Source of the DNA: Azolla caroliniana
Lineage: Eukaryota > Plantae > Polypodiophyta
NCBI GenBank assembly: GCA_043228905.1
Contig: JBHGNT010000007.1
Location: forward strand, 9,920,001 to 9,984,000
Length of the DNA stretch: 64,000 nucleotides
Direction: 5' to 3'
A program made the position numbers and the translations under genes. The notes beneath the pieces are model-generated. The model saw nothing but the letters and a program-made list of their open reading frames with translations. It made no database searches and had not been told where the DNA came from. Below, in pieces: positions 45,816 to 57,600 of the stretch. The first letter of the stretch is position 1. Every line of letters starts with the position of its first letter.

Positions 45816-48106
45816 GAGAACAATTGTGAAGTCTCCCAAGCCGGACATAGTCCCTCCCCATGAGCCCATGCCCAACCTCCTGCCTTGATCCTCTCCCATC
45901 CTAAAACAACATCTTGCCTTATAGCTTCTGCCATTTCCTCCTCGTGGAAGTGCAACACCTCATCGAGGGAGTCTATCGTCTCCTCTAGGCATAGTAAAAT
46001 CTGATTTTTAATGTGAGAATCCTGAAAACTCCCACATATCATTCCAACATTCAGCCACATCAACCTCCATTGATCTCCATTCCAGGTGATAGGCAGGCCG
46101 TGGAAGTATTTGTGTGCCTTAACTTCTATAAAGTTGGAGATCCGTGGCAAGTTACTGGTTGTAACCTCTAGGTTTGTTAGATAAAAAGAGACGCCTATAG
46201 CTGGCAGCTTGTTTCGTTCAGCAACAACTACATAAACCCTTAGCCCTAGAGCTTCCCCTTGTGACAAATCAGTCAGTCTTGTGAGAGCTTGCTGACTAAA
46301 CCTATATCCCTTGTCCAGCCTGTCCCCTTCCAATATTTTTGACCTAACAAATTTGATTGGAACTCTAACATTTGCCTCCTTACTTCCTTGTCCCACCACT
46401 TGCAACTTCTGAATTTCAGGAGTGATGGATGAGCTTTCTTGACACCTCCCATTATGCAGCCAGTCTTTCATTGCTCTCAATCCCATACTTCCACTTTTGC
46501 CAATGGAGGAAGGGGAGCCCATGGCAGATTCTTGTCTAAGTGTTCCACTTTTTAACATGACCTCAGGTGTACATACTACCACCTCTTCAACAATAGTTTT
46601 CTTTGAGTCTTGTGCTAGGTCCTCCTCTTCTTGCAACACTTCAAAACGATTTCTCAAATCTGCCTGAGGCGTATCCATGTTGACTTCTCGTTGCAAGCCA
46701 TTTTTCCGTCCCAAAACACGAGTCCAGCCATCACTAGTGTTCGCCTTCTCAGCCCCATTGAGGTTACTCAATCTTGACGCCCTCAACGTCTCTTGCTTAT
46801 CTATTGGCCCCATATCCTTCTCCCCCCTTACATTTCTATTAATCTTCCTTGGACATTCCTTGGCAATGTGGCCCTTTCTTTTACAATAGAAACATTGGCC
46901 AGGTAAACCCTCATATTCCACATCCACATCTATCAATCTTCCCTCCACATCATGCACTCTAATTAGGGAGGGAAGTGTGGACAAACTTTGCACAAGCACC
47001 CTAATCTTAGGGGAGTCTCGGATTTTGTCTACCATGGTTGCCTTTGAAGGACAAATTGTGCCAATCTTCTCCCCAATATTTTGCATCAACAGATATAAGT
47101 GTCGAGGCAGATTAGGGAATACCATAGATATCACCATGGGATTACCAATTTTCTTAGCCTCATCCATAACATTGAAATTAGCATGCCACTCCAACAACAG
47201 AGCTCTTCCATATTTGAGTTCTACACATTTCATATTGATAATTTGCGATACATCACTCCCTTCATTCACTTCAATGTGAAAGAAATTCCGTCCCATATTA
47301 TCCACGCTCTTTATATGCTGGACCTTATCCATTAAAGCTACCTGTAGCATATCACGGACCATACCTCTATTGGGCCTACCACCAAATAGCTTACAAATGA
47401 ACGAACATTTCTTTAGTCTTTTGATCTCGGCATTTAGGATTGTACTTTCTTCTTCGGACAGAAAAACATCCAATACATCAGAAGTCTCCACCATTTTCAA
47501 TTCCTTATCATGATCTCCTCTCATGCATGCATTATGTCCATTATGTGCCTGACCACATTCATTCAAAAGGTTTTCCACTTGTAACGTGTACTCCGTGGCC
47601 TCACTCTCCACCATAGGCAACCATTGAGGTGATCCTCCTTGCAGTCCCCGCTGCCCCTCTTCTACTCCCTCTTCGTCTGTTTGCCATAATGCAAGGTTGG
47701 CATGATCTCCTCTAGCTTCTTGCTTCCGTGCGTCTACTTTCCAAACCTCTGATTCTCCCCACACACGCGAGTCCTCATTGCCATCAACTGCGAAGAGGGT
47801 TGTAGCCATACTACTGGAAGGGGCCCTAATCATCTCTTCCATCCATCCCCTCTTATCTGTCCGATTCACCAATTCCTTACATATCTTGCCAGATCCTCCA
47901 TTAATATGTTTCCCTACAACTTTCCAAGCGTCTCTTGCTTCCTTATGTTCCAAATTCCTAGCCTGTTGCTTTTCACGACCATTAACCATCCTTGGCAATG
48001 CATACCTCGACTCCACCCACCGCGCGGGCGGCATCCTTCCCGCTGGTACTTTAATCGATGACATTGAATCTGTTTTACTACCCTCAGATGGCTCCCTTGC
48101 CACCAT
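45812..48106 (-). CDS. LINE ORF1 (DUF4283-like region, zinc knuckle, long C-terminal extension), intact 764 aa
   Basis: VEYEGLPGQCFYCKRKGHIAKECP, NRFEVL motif. Confidence 0.85.
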   Translation of the reverse strand: MVAREPSEGSKTDSMSSIKVPAGRMPPARWVESRYALPRMVNGREKQQARNLEHKEARDAWKVVGKHINGGSGKICKELVNRTDKRGWMEEMIRAPSSSMATTLFAVDGNEDSRVWGESEVWKVDARKQEARGDHANLALWQTDEEGVEEGQRGLQGGSPQWLPMVESEATEYTLQVENLLNECGQAHNGHNACMRGDHDKELKMVETSDVLDVFLSEEESTILNAEIKRLKKCSFICKLFGGRPNRGMVRDMLQVALMDKVQHIKSVDNMGRNFFHIEVNEGSDVSQIINMKCVELKYGRALLLEWHANFNVMDEAKKIGNPMVISMVFPNLPRHLYLLMQNIGEKIGTICPSKATMVDKIRDSPKIRVLVQSLSTLPSLIRVHDVEGRLIDVDVEYEGLPGQCFYCKRKGHIAKECPRKINRNVRGEKDMGPIDKQETLRASRLSNLNGAEKANTSDGWTRVLGRKNGLQREVNMDTPQADLRNRFEVLQEEEDLAQDSKKTIVEEVVVCTPEVMLKSGTLRQESAMGSPSSIGKSGSMGLRAMKDWLHNGRCQESSSITPEIQKLQVVGQGSKEANVRVPIKFVRSKILEGDRLDKGYRFSQQALTRLTDLSQGEALGLRVYVVVAERNKLPAIGVSFYLTNLEVTTSNLPRISNFIEVKAHKYFHGLPITWNGDQWRLMWLNVGMICGSFQDSHIKNQILLCLEETIDSLDEVLHFHEEEMAEAIRQDVVLGWERIKAGGWAWAHGEGLCPAWETSQLFS

Positions 48107-49613
48107 GTTCTCTTGTAGCCCGTTGCCCTTTGGCTCCCTTGCCCTCTAATGCTCTACTCTTAGCCTTACTCCCTAATAAAAACGTAACTGACACTGTAGG
48201 GGTAGGTAAACTCACAATCAATGTGGTTCATTTGAGGCGCTCTGTGCAGCCGACAACCACTCCAATGTTTGCTGTGACGTTGACTCGTTGTAGGAGAAAG
48301 GAATCGGTTGCATTCGACGCCCTCCATGCAACCCTGATAGCCCCACAGAGCAGAACAGCCTCTGACGAGCGGCCAAAACTCCCTCCTGCGATAGCCGCTG
48401 CCCGAGATCTTGGACAGCGACACACAACTAGCCAGCACGGGCGTTCCTCACCGTGCTCCTGCTCGCCATTTCCTCTTCCCGCTCAACTCTCTATTTTATT
48501 ATCCCCTTTTTATTGTCAAGTCCCCCTATTTTTCCTAAGAAACTAAAAGGAGGGAGTTCATCTCCTTTTTTTTGGTTTTTTTTTAAACGAATACTTGACC
48601 ACACGAATGTATGCGTATTCGTTTGGATTCGAATGAAAAATCCCACGAATGCGAATATGTCAATCTATGGTGCCAATATTAGAAGTACCTAAATCTGAAC
48701 GTACGAGTCCTTTAACTCTGCGAAAAGCCTGACCGCCTAGACCTTGCACATTCCAGGAAAGAAAATGTAGGGCATCCATATTACATAGGGTTTAGATATG
48801 TCCTTTTCTCAAGAAGAGCATCCTGGCGTCCTTTCTTGGCACCCTCTTGAGCTCTCATTTGTCTTTTCAAGAGCAAATCCTTCCCTGCATACTTATGCAT
48901 CCTATGTTCCTTGACCAACTTTTCAGAATTTTGGATTGTCAAATGGTCTTGTGTAACAGTAAATTGAAATCTAGCATGAATGTGCTCTTGGTTCATTTCC
49001 ATATCCCTTGATTGTCCTTTAGACTTATCCGAATCTACTTGTAGATTAGAGGCAACTTTTCCTTTAAAGCTTATTGGATAAATCCGAATTAGTAGACATG
49101 ACCAAAATTTGTTGATTCTCAGCAATTTTTAATGGTGGTTGTCCTACCACCAACTTTGGAAAGGATGTATCTAACTTCTGTGACGAAGAATCTGACTTGA
49201 GTTTTTGAGAAGGGTGGAGTGATGAGTGACCCCCATTATTCAGCTCTTGTGAACTTTCCTCTTCCATTTGGAGGGCATTATATGTATTCTACAAGGGAGG
49301 GAATTCTTGCATATTGTTGTTTGGCGCTTGTGTAGGTTTATTTAGAGATACACGTGGAGGTGTCTTCTTATGCTCCACTGTGGTCCAATCCTCAACTCTA
49401 TTATGATATGGAACTATAGCTCTGCTAGGTGTATGTTTGTTAATGTCTTCCTTAAATTTCTGGCAATATTTTGCTAAATGACCAAACCCAAAACAACAGA
49501 AACACTCATTCGGCAAATCCCTATACAAGATTTTCTGAGAATAAGGGGCCTATAGAGGGTCAAGTAGATTAACCCAAGTGTGATCTTCACAAGCTCCTTC
49601 CTTGAAAATTGAA

Positions 49614-49614
<1 letters not shown>

Positions 49615-49647
<33 letters not shown>

Positions 49648-49843
49648 ACGTACATACATACATACATACACAGACACACACATACATACATTATACATAC
49701 ATACAAACATACACAGACACACCATACATACAAACATACACAGACACACACATACATACATTATACATACATACATACATACATACATACATACATACAT
49801 TATACATACTATGACATACATACACACACATATACATTCATAC
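49615..49843. repeat. Compound (CA)n/(TACA)n microsatellite
   Basis: Seen directly. Confidence 0.95.
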
Positions 49844-50619
49844 ATTCTCGGCTGAGGCTCCTCCTCCTCCTCCTAGCCCTGTCCGTCTCAGGATGAAGAG
49901 GACGCTAGTTTAGCCGCCTTATAGGAGCAATGGTTGAGAAGGCAAATAAGATGAAGAGCCCTAAAATGTATTGGGTGACTTTGTGGTTTGCCCATCTGGA
50001 GAAGAAGATGGCTCAAGAGTTTGCTGCACCGATCTCCTACACACACCGGCTATTCTTTGAGTTTCTAGATAACTGGGAGGGGTATGTAGGTGTAATTTCT
50101 CTTTCATTCATTTATTTTTTCTACTCCCTCAGAGAGGGAGAGAGATTGGCTGAACAATGACTGAAGGTTGATTCCAATGGCATTCAATTAAGAAATGCAG
50201 AGAACTCTGTTTCCTTCCTTCGTCTTGGGTTTATTGATGAAGAGAAGAAAGATCCATGTCAAGGCACAGAGGTGTGCATTCCGTTGAGCTAAGAAGTTCA
50301 CTATTTTGATCTATATTATCTATCTATCAATCTATATATTTACTTACATCTTCATTTTGTCGTTTGCAGATACACACTGTTAGTATTTTTTTGCTTCTTG
50401 AGTAAGAAAGATGCCATTTATTGTTGGCTCATGATGCTTATTATTTTAAAAATTTTTTATTGGACTAAATAAAAAAAGACATTCTTATCAACATATTTCA
50501 TTGGTATTCTGGAAGATGTATATATATATATATACACACACACACACTCGCTGAGATATTCGGCTGTATGTTTGAATAAATGATATATATTATTGGCTTG
50601 GGGAATCACCTTGTTCCCA

Positions 50620-52758
50620 ATGAGCATCGAATCTGGAGGAATATCCACAAGTCGACGAGTTTTTGATAGGGTAATAAAAAAGAGTGCTAATTCATGGACT
50701 TCTTTGATACAAGCATGTATCAGTCAGGGAGAATTTCAACGATCACTTTGTTTGTTCGAAAACATGAAAAAGGATGGTATCCTTCCTACCAAACACACAC
50801 TTCAAACCATGCTAAAGGTGTGTGCTCGGCTCAAATTGATTGGACATGGACGTAGATTACATTGCGAGATTGTGAAGAAGGGGTATAACATAGATCCCTT
50901 TGTCGGAAGCAGTCTTCTGGAAATGTATGCGAAAACGAGTTTACCAAATGAAGCACGGATAGTGTTTGATGAATTGACGGCTCGAGATATAGTTGTCTGG
51001 ACAGCATTGATACAAGGATATTCTGAAAATGGCCTTAACAAGGAAGCCGTTGGTGTTTTCAAGAAAATGCAAGAGGAATGCATACTTCCCAATTGTGTGA
51101 CATTTATATGCACCTTGAAAGCTTGTGGAAACTTAGGATGTACAAGAAGTGGCCAAGAGATCCACATAGCGATCATTAAAGAAGGATTAGAGCAAGATTC
51201 CTTCGTGGGAAGTGCTTTGGTTTATATGTATTGCAATTGTGATTTGGTCATCGAAGCCCGAAAAGTATTTGATGGGCTTCAATCTAGAGATGTTGTATTG
51301 TGGACTGCAATTATTGGAGGGTATTTCAACCACGGATTTGCAAAGGAAGCTACCGATTGCCTTGAAATGATGCAATTGGATGGGATTTCTCTAAATGCTG
51401 TGACATCAGTTTGTTGTTTGAAAGCTTGGGCCAGACTAGGATCAGTTGAGAAAGGGAAGAGTTTGCACTCTCAGCTAATAAAGATGGGATTTGATAATGA
51501 TAATGGTGATGGTGATGATTTTGTCAACACTGCTCTTGTGGATATGTATGCTAAATGTGGTAGTTTGCTAGAGGCCAAGTATATGTTTCACAATCTAGAC
51601 GTGAGAGGTCTAGTGTCATGGAATGCTCTGATTGGAGGATTTGCTGAGTATAACCATGGCAAAGAAGCTATAAAGTATCTGGATGAGATGCAAACCAAGG
51701 GAACCTTTCCTGATACCATTACATATGTATGTGCCTTGAAGGCTTGTGGGAGCACAGTAGGACTCATTGAAGAGGGACAAAAAATACATACTGAGATCGC
51801 TAAAGATGGCCTTGAAGTGGACCATTGCATTGGCATCTCTCTGCTAGACATGTATGTTAAGTGTGGCTTCCTCAGAGAAGCACAAGAAGTGTTTAATGAA
51901 CTTTCATCTCAAGACGTGGTATCATGGAATGTATTGATCGCAGGGTATGTAGAACATGGTCTTGCACAAGAAGCTATGGAGTGTATGGAAAAGATGTATG
52001 ATGAGGGTCGTATACCTTTAGATGCCATCACAACAACATGCAGCTTAAAAGCTTGTATTAGTATCGGGGACTTTGACAAAGGCAGGTGGATACATTCACA
52101 AACAATCAAGCAAGGGCTGATTGAGTCTGATCCTACGGTTGGTATTTCTTTAATGGAAATGTATGCAAAATGCAATTCTCTTGATGAAGCAAAAGCTGTA
52201 TTTGATGTTGTTCGTGATCAAACTGTGATCATGTGGGGTACATTATTGTGGGGCTATGCGTGTCAAGGCGAGAGCGAACATGTTTTTCACTTGTATAATC
52301 AAATGGTGGAGGAAGGTGTGTATCCAGATGATATTTCATTTCTCAGCCTTTTGAGTGTTTGCAGCCATGCTGGGTTAATGAAAGAGGCGTTAAAAAGCAT
52401 CATTTCTATGAGAGAAGAATATGGTCTTGCATCAAATATCGAGCACTATAATTGCATTATTGATCTTTTCTGTCGAGCTGGACTACTTGCTAAGGCTGCC
52501 ATAGTCATGGAGAGAATGCCCTTCCAACCAAATAGTGTGACTTGGTGTACAATACTGGGTGCATGTAGGAAGACTGGTGACATAACACTTGCGAGACATG
52601 CATTCGAGTGTGCCACAGTTTTGAATGATAGAGAGGGGGCATCTTTCATATTGATGGCTAGCATTTATGCTGATAATCACATGTGGGATGATATAGAGGA
52701 GCCTGAATCCCTTATAGAGAGCTTGACAGAAATAAAGCCGATATTCAAACTAGGGTGA
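50620..52758 (+). CDS. PLS-class pentatricopeptide repeat protein, E subgroup without DYW (organellar RNA editing/processing factor); true start uncertain
   Basis: Repeating P-L-S triplets (LVDMYAKCG, VVSWNALI.GY, TYVCALKACG). E domain PFQPNSVTWCTILGAC...ASFILMASIYA. Intronless ORF. Confidence 0.93.
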   Translation: MSIESGGISTSRRVFDRVIKKSANSWTSLIQACISQGEFQRSLCLFENMKKDGILPTKHTLQTMLKVCARLKLIGHGRRLHCEIVKKGYNIDPFVGSSLLEMYAKTSLPNEARIVFDELTARDIVVWTALIQGYSENGLNKEAVGVFKKMQEECILPNCVTFICTLKACGNLGCTRSGQEIHIAIIKEGLEQDSFVGSALVYMYCNCDLVIEARKVFDGLQSRDVVLWTAIIGGYFNHGFAKEATDCLEMMQLDGISLNAVTSVCCLKAWARLGSVEKGKSLHSQLIKMGFDNDNGDGDDFVNTALVDMYAKCGSLLEAKYMFHNLDVRGLVSWNALIGGFAEYNHGKEAIKYLDEMQTKGTFPDTITYVCALKACGSTVGLIEEGQKIHTEIAKDGLEVDHCIGISLLDMYVKCGFLREAQEVFNELSSQDVVSWNVLIAGYVEHGLAQEAMECMEKMYDEGRIPLDAITTTCSLKACISIGDFDKGRWIHSQTIKQGLIESDPTVGISLMEMYAKCNSLDEAKAVFDVVRDQTVIMWGTLLWGYACQGESEHVFHLYNQMVEEGVYPDDISFLSLLSVCSHAGLMKEALKSIISMREEYGLASNIEHYNCIIDLFCRAGLLAKAAIVMERMPFQPNSVTWCTILGACRKTGDITLARHAFECATVLNDREGASFILMASIYADNHMWDDIEEPESLIESLTEIKPIFKLG

Positions 52759-52860
52759 ATAGCTAATGATGTGCTGAAGTTTTTGATTGAACTTCTCATG
52801 ACTTCCTTCTCTTTTCATGTGCAATAGGGCCATAGTCCCCTCCACCTTTGTGTATCATCA

Positions 52861-53121
52861 TTATGTATCGGCAATTATCGTTTGATTTTGTATCTTATTG
52901 TTAAGTGTATCATCTTTATGTATCATCAATTATTGTTTGATTTTGTATCTTATTGTTAATAATAAATCCACACCTTTTCAAGAAAGAAGAATACCAAAGC
53001 TCTCAATTAATATAAAAATTTCTTAGCTGTGTACTTGTGCCTCTTTAGAGACTTTACTAAGGGGTTTAAATAATAGATTGCCTCTTTAGAGACTTTACTG
53101 AGGGGTTTAAATAATAGATTG
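52861..53121. repeat. Two local tandem duplications (~55 bp x2 at 52861-52959; 41 bp x2 at 53039-53121)
   Basis: Seen directly. Confidence 0.85.
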
Positions 53122-53499
53122 ACACTATCTGTACTCATGGGAACATACCAATGCATGTGAACAAACCCATAATTTAGTGTTTGAGGATAATGTTTTTTGG
53201 ATTAATTAAGCAAACCCACTTTCAAACTATATATCCTACAAAATACTGTCACAAAGGGACACAAAACACATGAAGTTGGCAAAGTTATTAGTGCCCCTAG
53301 AAATTCAAAATGGTCAAACTTAGTTTTAAACTTTATGATGATTAGGACAAAAGTTTATTGTAATAAAATAACAGCTTATAATAGATCAAAATTATCTTCA
53401 ATTAAGAGAAAATGACACATTTTTTATGGTTAGTGTAGTATTAAGACTTTGATGGTTGATGCCCATGCGTTATTGCATAAACATGTGTGTGTGTGTGTG

Positions 53500-53588
53500 T
53501 GTTACGGGCATGACCATACATTATCCACGTGTATAGAATACTACGGTAAATTCTCACCATGGGATATTATATGGTCATGCTTGTAACA
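53500..53588. mobile_element. 89-bp foldback element with TGT...ACA ends
   Basis: 27-bp imperfect inverted repeat TGTTACGGGCATGACCATACATTATCC / GGATATTATATGGTCATGCTTGTAACA, flanked by GTGTG on both sides. Confidence 0.55.
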
Positions 53589-53591
53589 GTG

Positions 53592-54617
53592 TGCTACTCG
53601 AATGGGACCACAGAGGTCTTGGACTAGGGAGGACACATAGACTAGGAGGGCGCAGACGTTTGGAGACTCTAAGGCTCTCAAAAGCTCCTAAGAGTCGAAA
53701 GGTCTTCAGACTCAAAGGCTCTTCAGAGTTGAAGGCTCGCTAGCCTTGGAGGCTCACCAAACTCGAAGGCTCTTTAGCTTGGAAGGCTCCTAGAGTCGAA
53801 GGCTTACTAGTGTCGAAGGGAGCGACGAGTTGAACAACGATTAATGCGCAAGGTTAGGATCAAAATACGCAAGTAGCATGAGGAACACAAGATTACAAGG
53901 GGTTTGCACAATATCTAGAACAAAAGGGGCCAGTTTGTAGGCCGAAAACGCTAAATTATAAAATAGGGTTTACAAAATGTACAACTTGAATAGATATAAT
54001 GGTTGTAACGAGAAGTGATACAATGAACGCTTAGAAGATAACAATTAAGTTTACATGGAAACGAAATTTGGGGAGTTAGTTGAGTTTCCGATGAAGGTGC
54101 AAGTCAAGTGGGCCACCAAGACCACGACTTCCTTCGACAGCTGCGATGCCTGGAATTGGAGTAGTGTTCCTGGCCCACTTCGTCCTCCCACTTTGGCCTC
54201 AACAATGGGATTTTTCTCAGTATGTTCAAAATGGTCCAAATGACGAGTTGGAGATATTGTTCCACATTTCACAATATTGGGAACTGCAATGTTGGCATAA
54301 AAGGCCGACTCCTTCCACTTTGTATCGTAGTGTGTGAACATGTCCAAATAGTTAGGGCTTAGTATATAAGCAATAACCTAAACTTGTAATAAGAGCATCT
54401 TGATCATCTTGTATATTGGGTCTCTGAGCGAAAGAGAGAACAGAGAATAACAAGACCTTCCATTTGAGCTTGAACCGTGTCTACATTTCCATAATTTCTA
54501 TAGTCATACTCTTTGTGTTGTTTGTTGTGCACATTCACCGACAGGTCCTCACTTACTTCCGGGCATTCTTCCCAACAAGTGGTATCAGAGCGACTTGCTG
54601 TTCAGAGGCAACAAAAG
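53592..54617 (+). mobile_element. 5' LTR (~1 kb, ends 54577) plus tRNA-iMet PBS of an element interrupted at 54618
   Basis: ...CCCAACA AG TGGTATCAGAGC (54580-54591), TATATAA at ~54364, short GAAGGCT repeats. LTR start uncertain. Confidence 0.7.
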
Positions 54618-57600
54618 TGTTGAGCGAGCAAGCTCAACCGGATCCGGATGGGCTGGATAAGCCAGAGCCAGATCGTATCCAGATAGTATCCAGAACCATG
54701 AGCTAGATCGGGATCGGGGAGCCGGACCCACGTGTGTACCAGTAGGCCATTTAGAGGCCTACGCTTCTAGACTACTAGATAGTCATTGTCCTCGTAGTTA
54801 GTGTCAGTCGCTCGTACGAGCATTGAAGTACATAGTACGTTTGTCAGTCCCTTGTGGACTTGTATAAATAGTGCTCACTAAGCACATCCTATGTATAGAG
54901 TAATAGTTTTTGAATATAATTTTTGCTATTATGCTCTCTGTGTGTGTCTTGTAAGGTTTCCATTAAACTTGTCAGTTGCTATCCAGATGAACAGGTTTGT
55001 CATAAGCTTTTGCATATTAACGTTTACATAGTATCAGAGCACGAGGGTTGAGAACCTGCGCAGCCGACGAGCGATTGCTGAAGACAAACCCTAACACCCG
55101 GTAAAGAGCGAAAGATGGACAGAGGTATGGCAAGTTCGCTTCCGACAGAGAAGCTTGACAGACACAACTATGCATCCTTGTCATACAAGATGCACCAATA
55201 TATGCTCGGACATGGAAACTGGAGTTATGTTGAGGGTGCGAATGAAATAGCGTCGGAGTCATCACAAAAGGAGTTCCTGGCATGGGAACAAGGAGCAAGC
55301 AAAGGTCTATATTGCCTTGCATCCTCTGTGCACGACCAGATGATTGAGTACATTAGAGATGCTAAGACGCCGAAACAGGCCTGGGAAAATCTGAAAAAGA
55401 TTTTCGCCGCAAGTACTTCAGCCTACAAACTACAACTTCGGCAAGAACTGAACAATATCCGACAAAAGGATATGTCAGTTTCAGACTACACCATGAAGAT
55501 AAATGAGATTTGCGATGCATTAGGGTCTATTGAAGTCACGATAGACGAGGACAAAATGGTGCAAATCGGCATCGGTGGTCTGGCTCAAAGGTACGGGCCC
55601 ATCCGGACCGCTATCCTCACCCGGGTGAAACCACTGTCCTTCTTCGACCTGCAATCAATGCTCATGGTCGAAGAAAACCACGGGAGTGGGTCAAGGACCA
55701 CTTAATCGGACAGTTGGATGCTGTACACGGAGGCGGATCGGCCCCGTGGGCGTGGAGGACGAGGTGGATCGACAGGCAATACAGGTGGCCGACAAGAGCA
55801 GAACCGGAGGCACAAAGATGGTGCCGACAGTAGTTCCGAACCCTCCACTAGTAGGGGGAGCCAAGGTGGCGCTAGAAACCGGCAAGGGAAAACTGATACA
55901 GAATGCGGGTACTGTGGCGAAAAGCCATCGGGAAAGCGAGTGTTGGAAGAAGCGCGCCAATTCAGATAAATCCGGATCTGGCAAGGTCGGACAAGGGAAC
56001 CAGCAAAGCCTGCACCACGCTGAAGGATCAGAAGGATCCAGAACCGGAAAGACCAGAAAAGGGCCAGCCTTTGTGATGAAGCACAAGGTGAACTCGATGA
56101 AGAAGATCACTTCCAAATCGACAGAAGTGTGGTATGTTGACTCTGGAGTGTCTAACCACATGATGAGCCACGAAGAGTGGTTCTTGCTTTTGGAAAAGCC
56201 GAAGCAACCGGGAGTTGTCGAAACCGGAGACGACACTCCTCACCCGATCGTGCATGTTGGACAAAAGGGAAAGCTGATGAATGTACTACATGTTCCAACA
56301 ATCCCAAAGAACCTAGTGTTGATTAGGCAGATCGTTGACCAGGGGTTGCAGGTGCGGTTCACACACCTCGGGTGCTTCATAGAGGAAGAAGGCCGAATAA
56401 TCGCGCAAGGGCGTAGGGACGGGAGGATGTTCATCCTCAACACCAACGATGTCAGCACCACTATGTTTGCAAAAGGACAAAAGATCGAATTAGACATCGA
56501 GCTCTGGCACAAGTGGATCGGCCACGTCAACCACCGGAGGCTTCAGGACCTACAATCGAAACAAGTTGTTTTCGGATTGCCGAAATTTAGTGGCCGGAAG
56601 GTCCAAACTTGTGAAGCCTGCCAACTCGGGAAGCAAAACCGACTTCCCTTCCCCACTGAAAGAAACTAGAGCCGTAACAAGCTCGATTTAATACATTTGG
56701 ATGTATGGGGACTGACACAGAATGTTAGTCTTGGCGGGAGCCGATATTTTGTCTCCTTCATCGACGACTATAGCCAGCACACATGGATCTACCTCATCGA
56801 GAAGAAAACCGATGTCTTCGACTGTTTCCGAAAGTCTTGTCGAACGGGAAATGAAGAGGAAGATCAAGTGCATACGGTCGGATGGCGGAAAAGAATATTT
56901 TTCCGGCAAATTTAACAATTATTTGTAGCAGAAAGGAATTCAAAGAGAATTCAACCGCCGATACACACTAAAACAAAACGGTGTGGCCGAAAGGAAGAAC
57001 CAGTCGATCATTGATGCAGCACGGACAATGTTGGAAGAGAAGAGCATGCCCAAGTTCTATTGGGCCGAAGTGGTTAGGATGACCGTCTACATCCAAAACC
57101 GAATCGGGGATAAGGTGTCAGCCCATGAGCTGTACTTCGGGCGGAAGCCGAAGTTAAGGAACCTTAAGATATTCGGTAGCATTGCATATGTGCATGTGCC
57201 AGATGGGAAGCGGAGAAAGCTGGACCGAAGATGGAGAAGTGCATCCTTGTCGGCTACTCACATGAGCAAAAGGGTTATAAGTGCTATAACCCCCGAACAA
57301 AACAAGTTCGAGTGAACCGAGATGTCGAATTTGATGAGTCGGCATCATGGTACTCTCTACCGGTTCTGATGTCCAACTCTGACCCAATTTTGGAGGATGA
57401 GGCCAGTGAGCCTGAAACAATCCGGGCAGAAGATGAGAATCCGATCTCATTCCGGCTAAGTGGGCCAAATGAGCAATTGAGTTGGGATGACCAGTTAGAT
57501 GAAGAACCGGCGAGTAGTGACGACTCGGTCGTGCTCTCCCCGCACAACGAACCGAGGAGATGGTTCACGCGTAAATAAAAGGGGAAGAAGAAGATGCTGG

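Larger units (their letters stand above)
41320..48481 (-). mobile_element. Full-length L1-clade LINE (inner)
   Basis: 16-bp TSD CTCAACTCTCTATTTT (41304-41319 and 48482-48497), T/AAAA target, short poly(A), ORF1 and ORF2. Confidence 0.95.
40786..48669. mobile_element. Non-autonomous hAT-type DNA transposon (~700 bp when empty) carrying a full-length LINE
   Basis: Perfect 12-bp TIR CATAGATTGACA, 8-bp TSD GTGCCAAT (40778-40785 and 48670-48677), subterminal TATTCG repeats. Confidence 0.9.
38807..49570 (-). mobile_element. 5'-truncated L1-clade LINE (outer), RT deleted, split by a hAT insertion
   Basis: TSD AACCCAAGTGTGATCTT at 38790-38806 and 49571-49587, poly(A) ~38805-38814. ORF1 knuckle CFCCFGFGHLAKYC. 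ORF2 start LSWNVQGLGG...DILFLQEHH, SRLDRFY, SDHDP. Confidence 0.9.

Noticed and set aside
49474-49896. Cys/Val- or His/Thr-rich ORFs
   Set aside because: Translations of the CA/TACA microsatellite.
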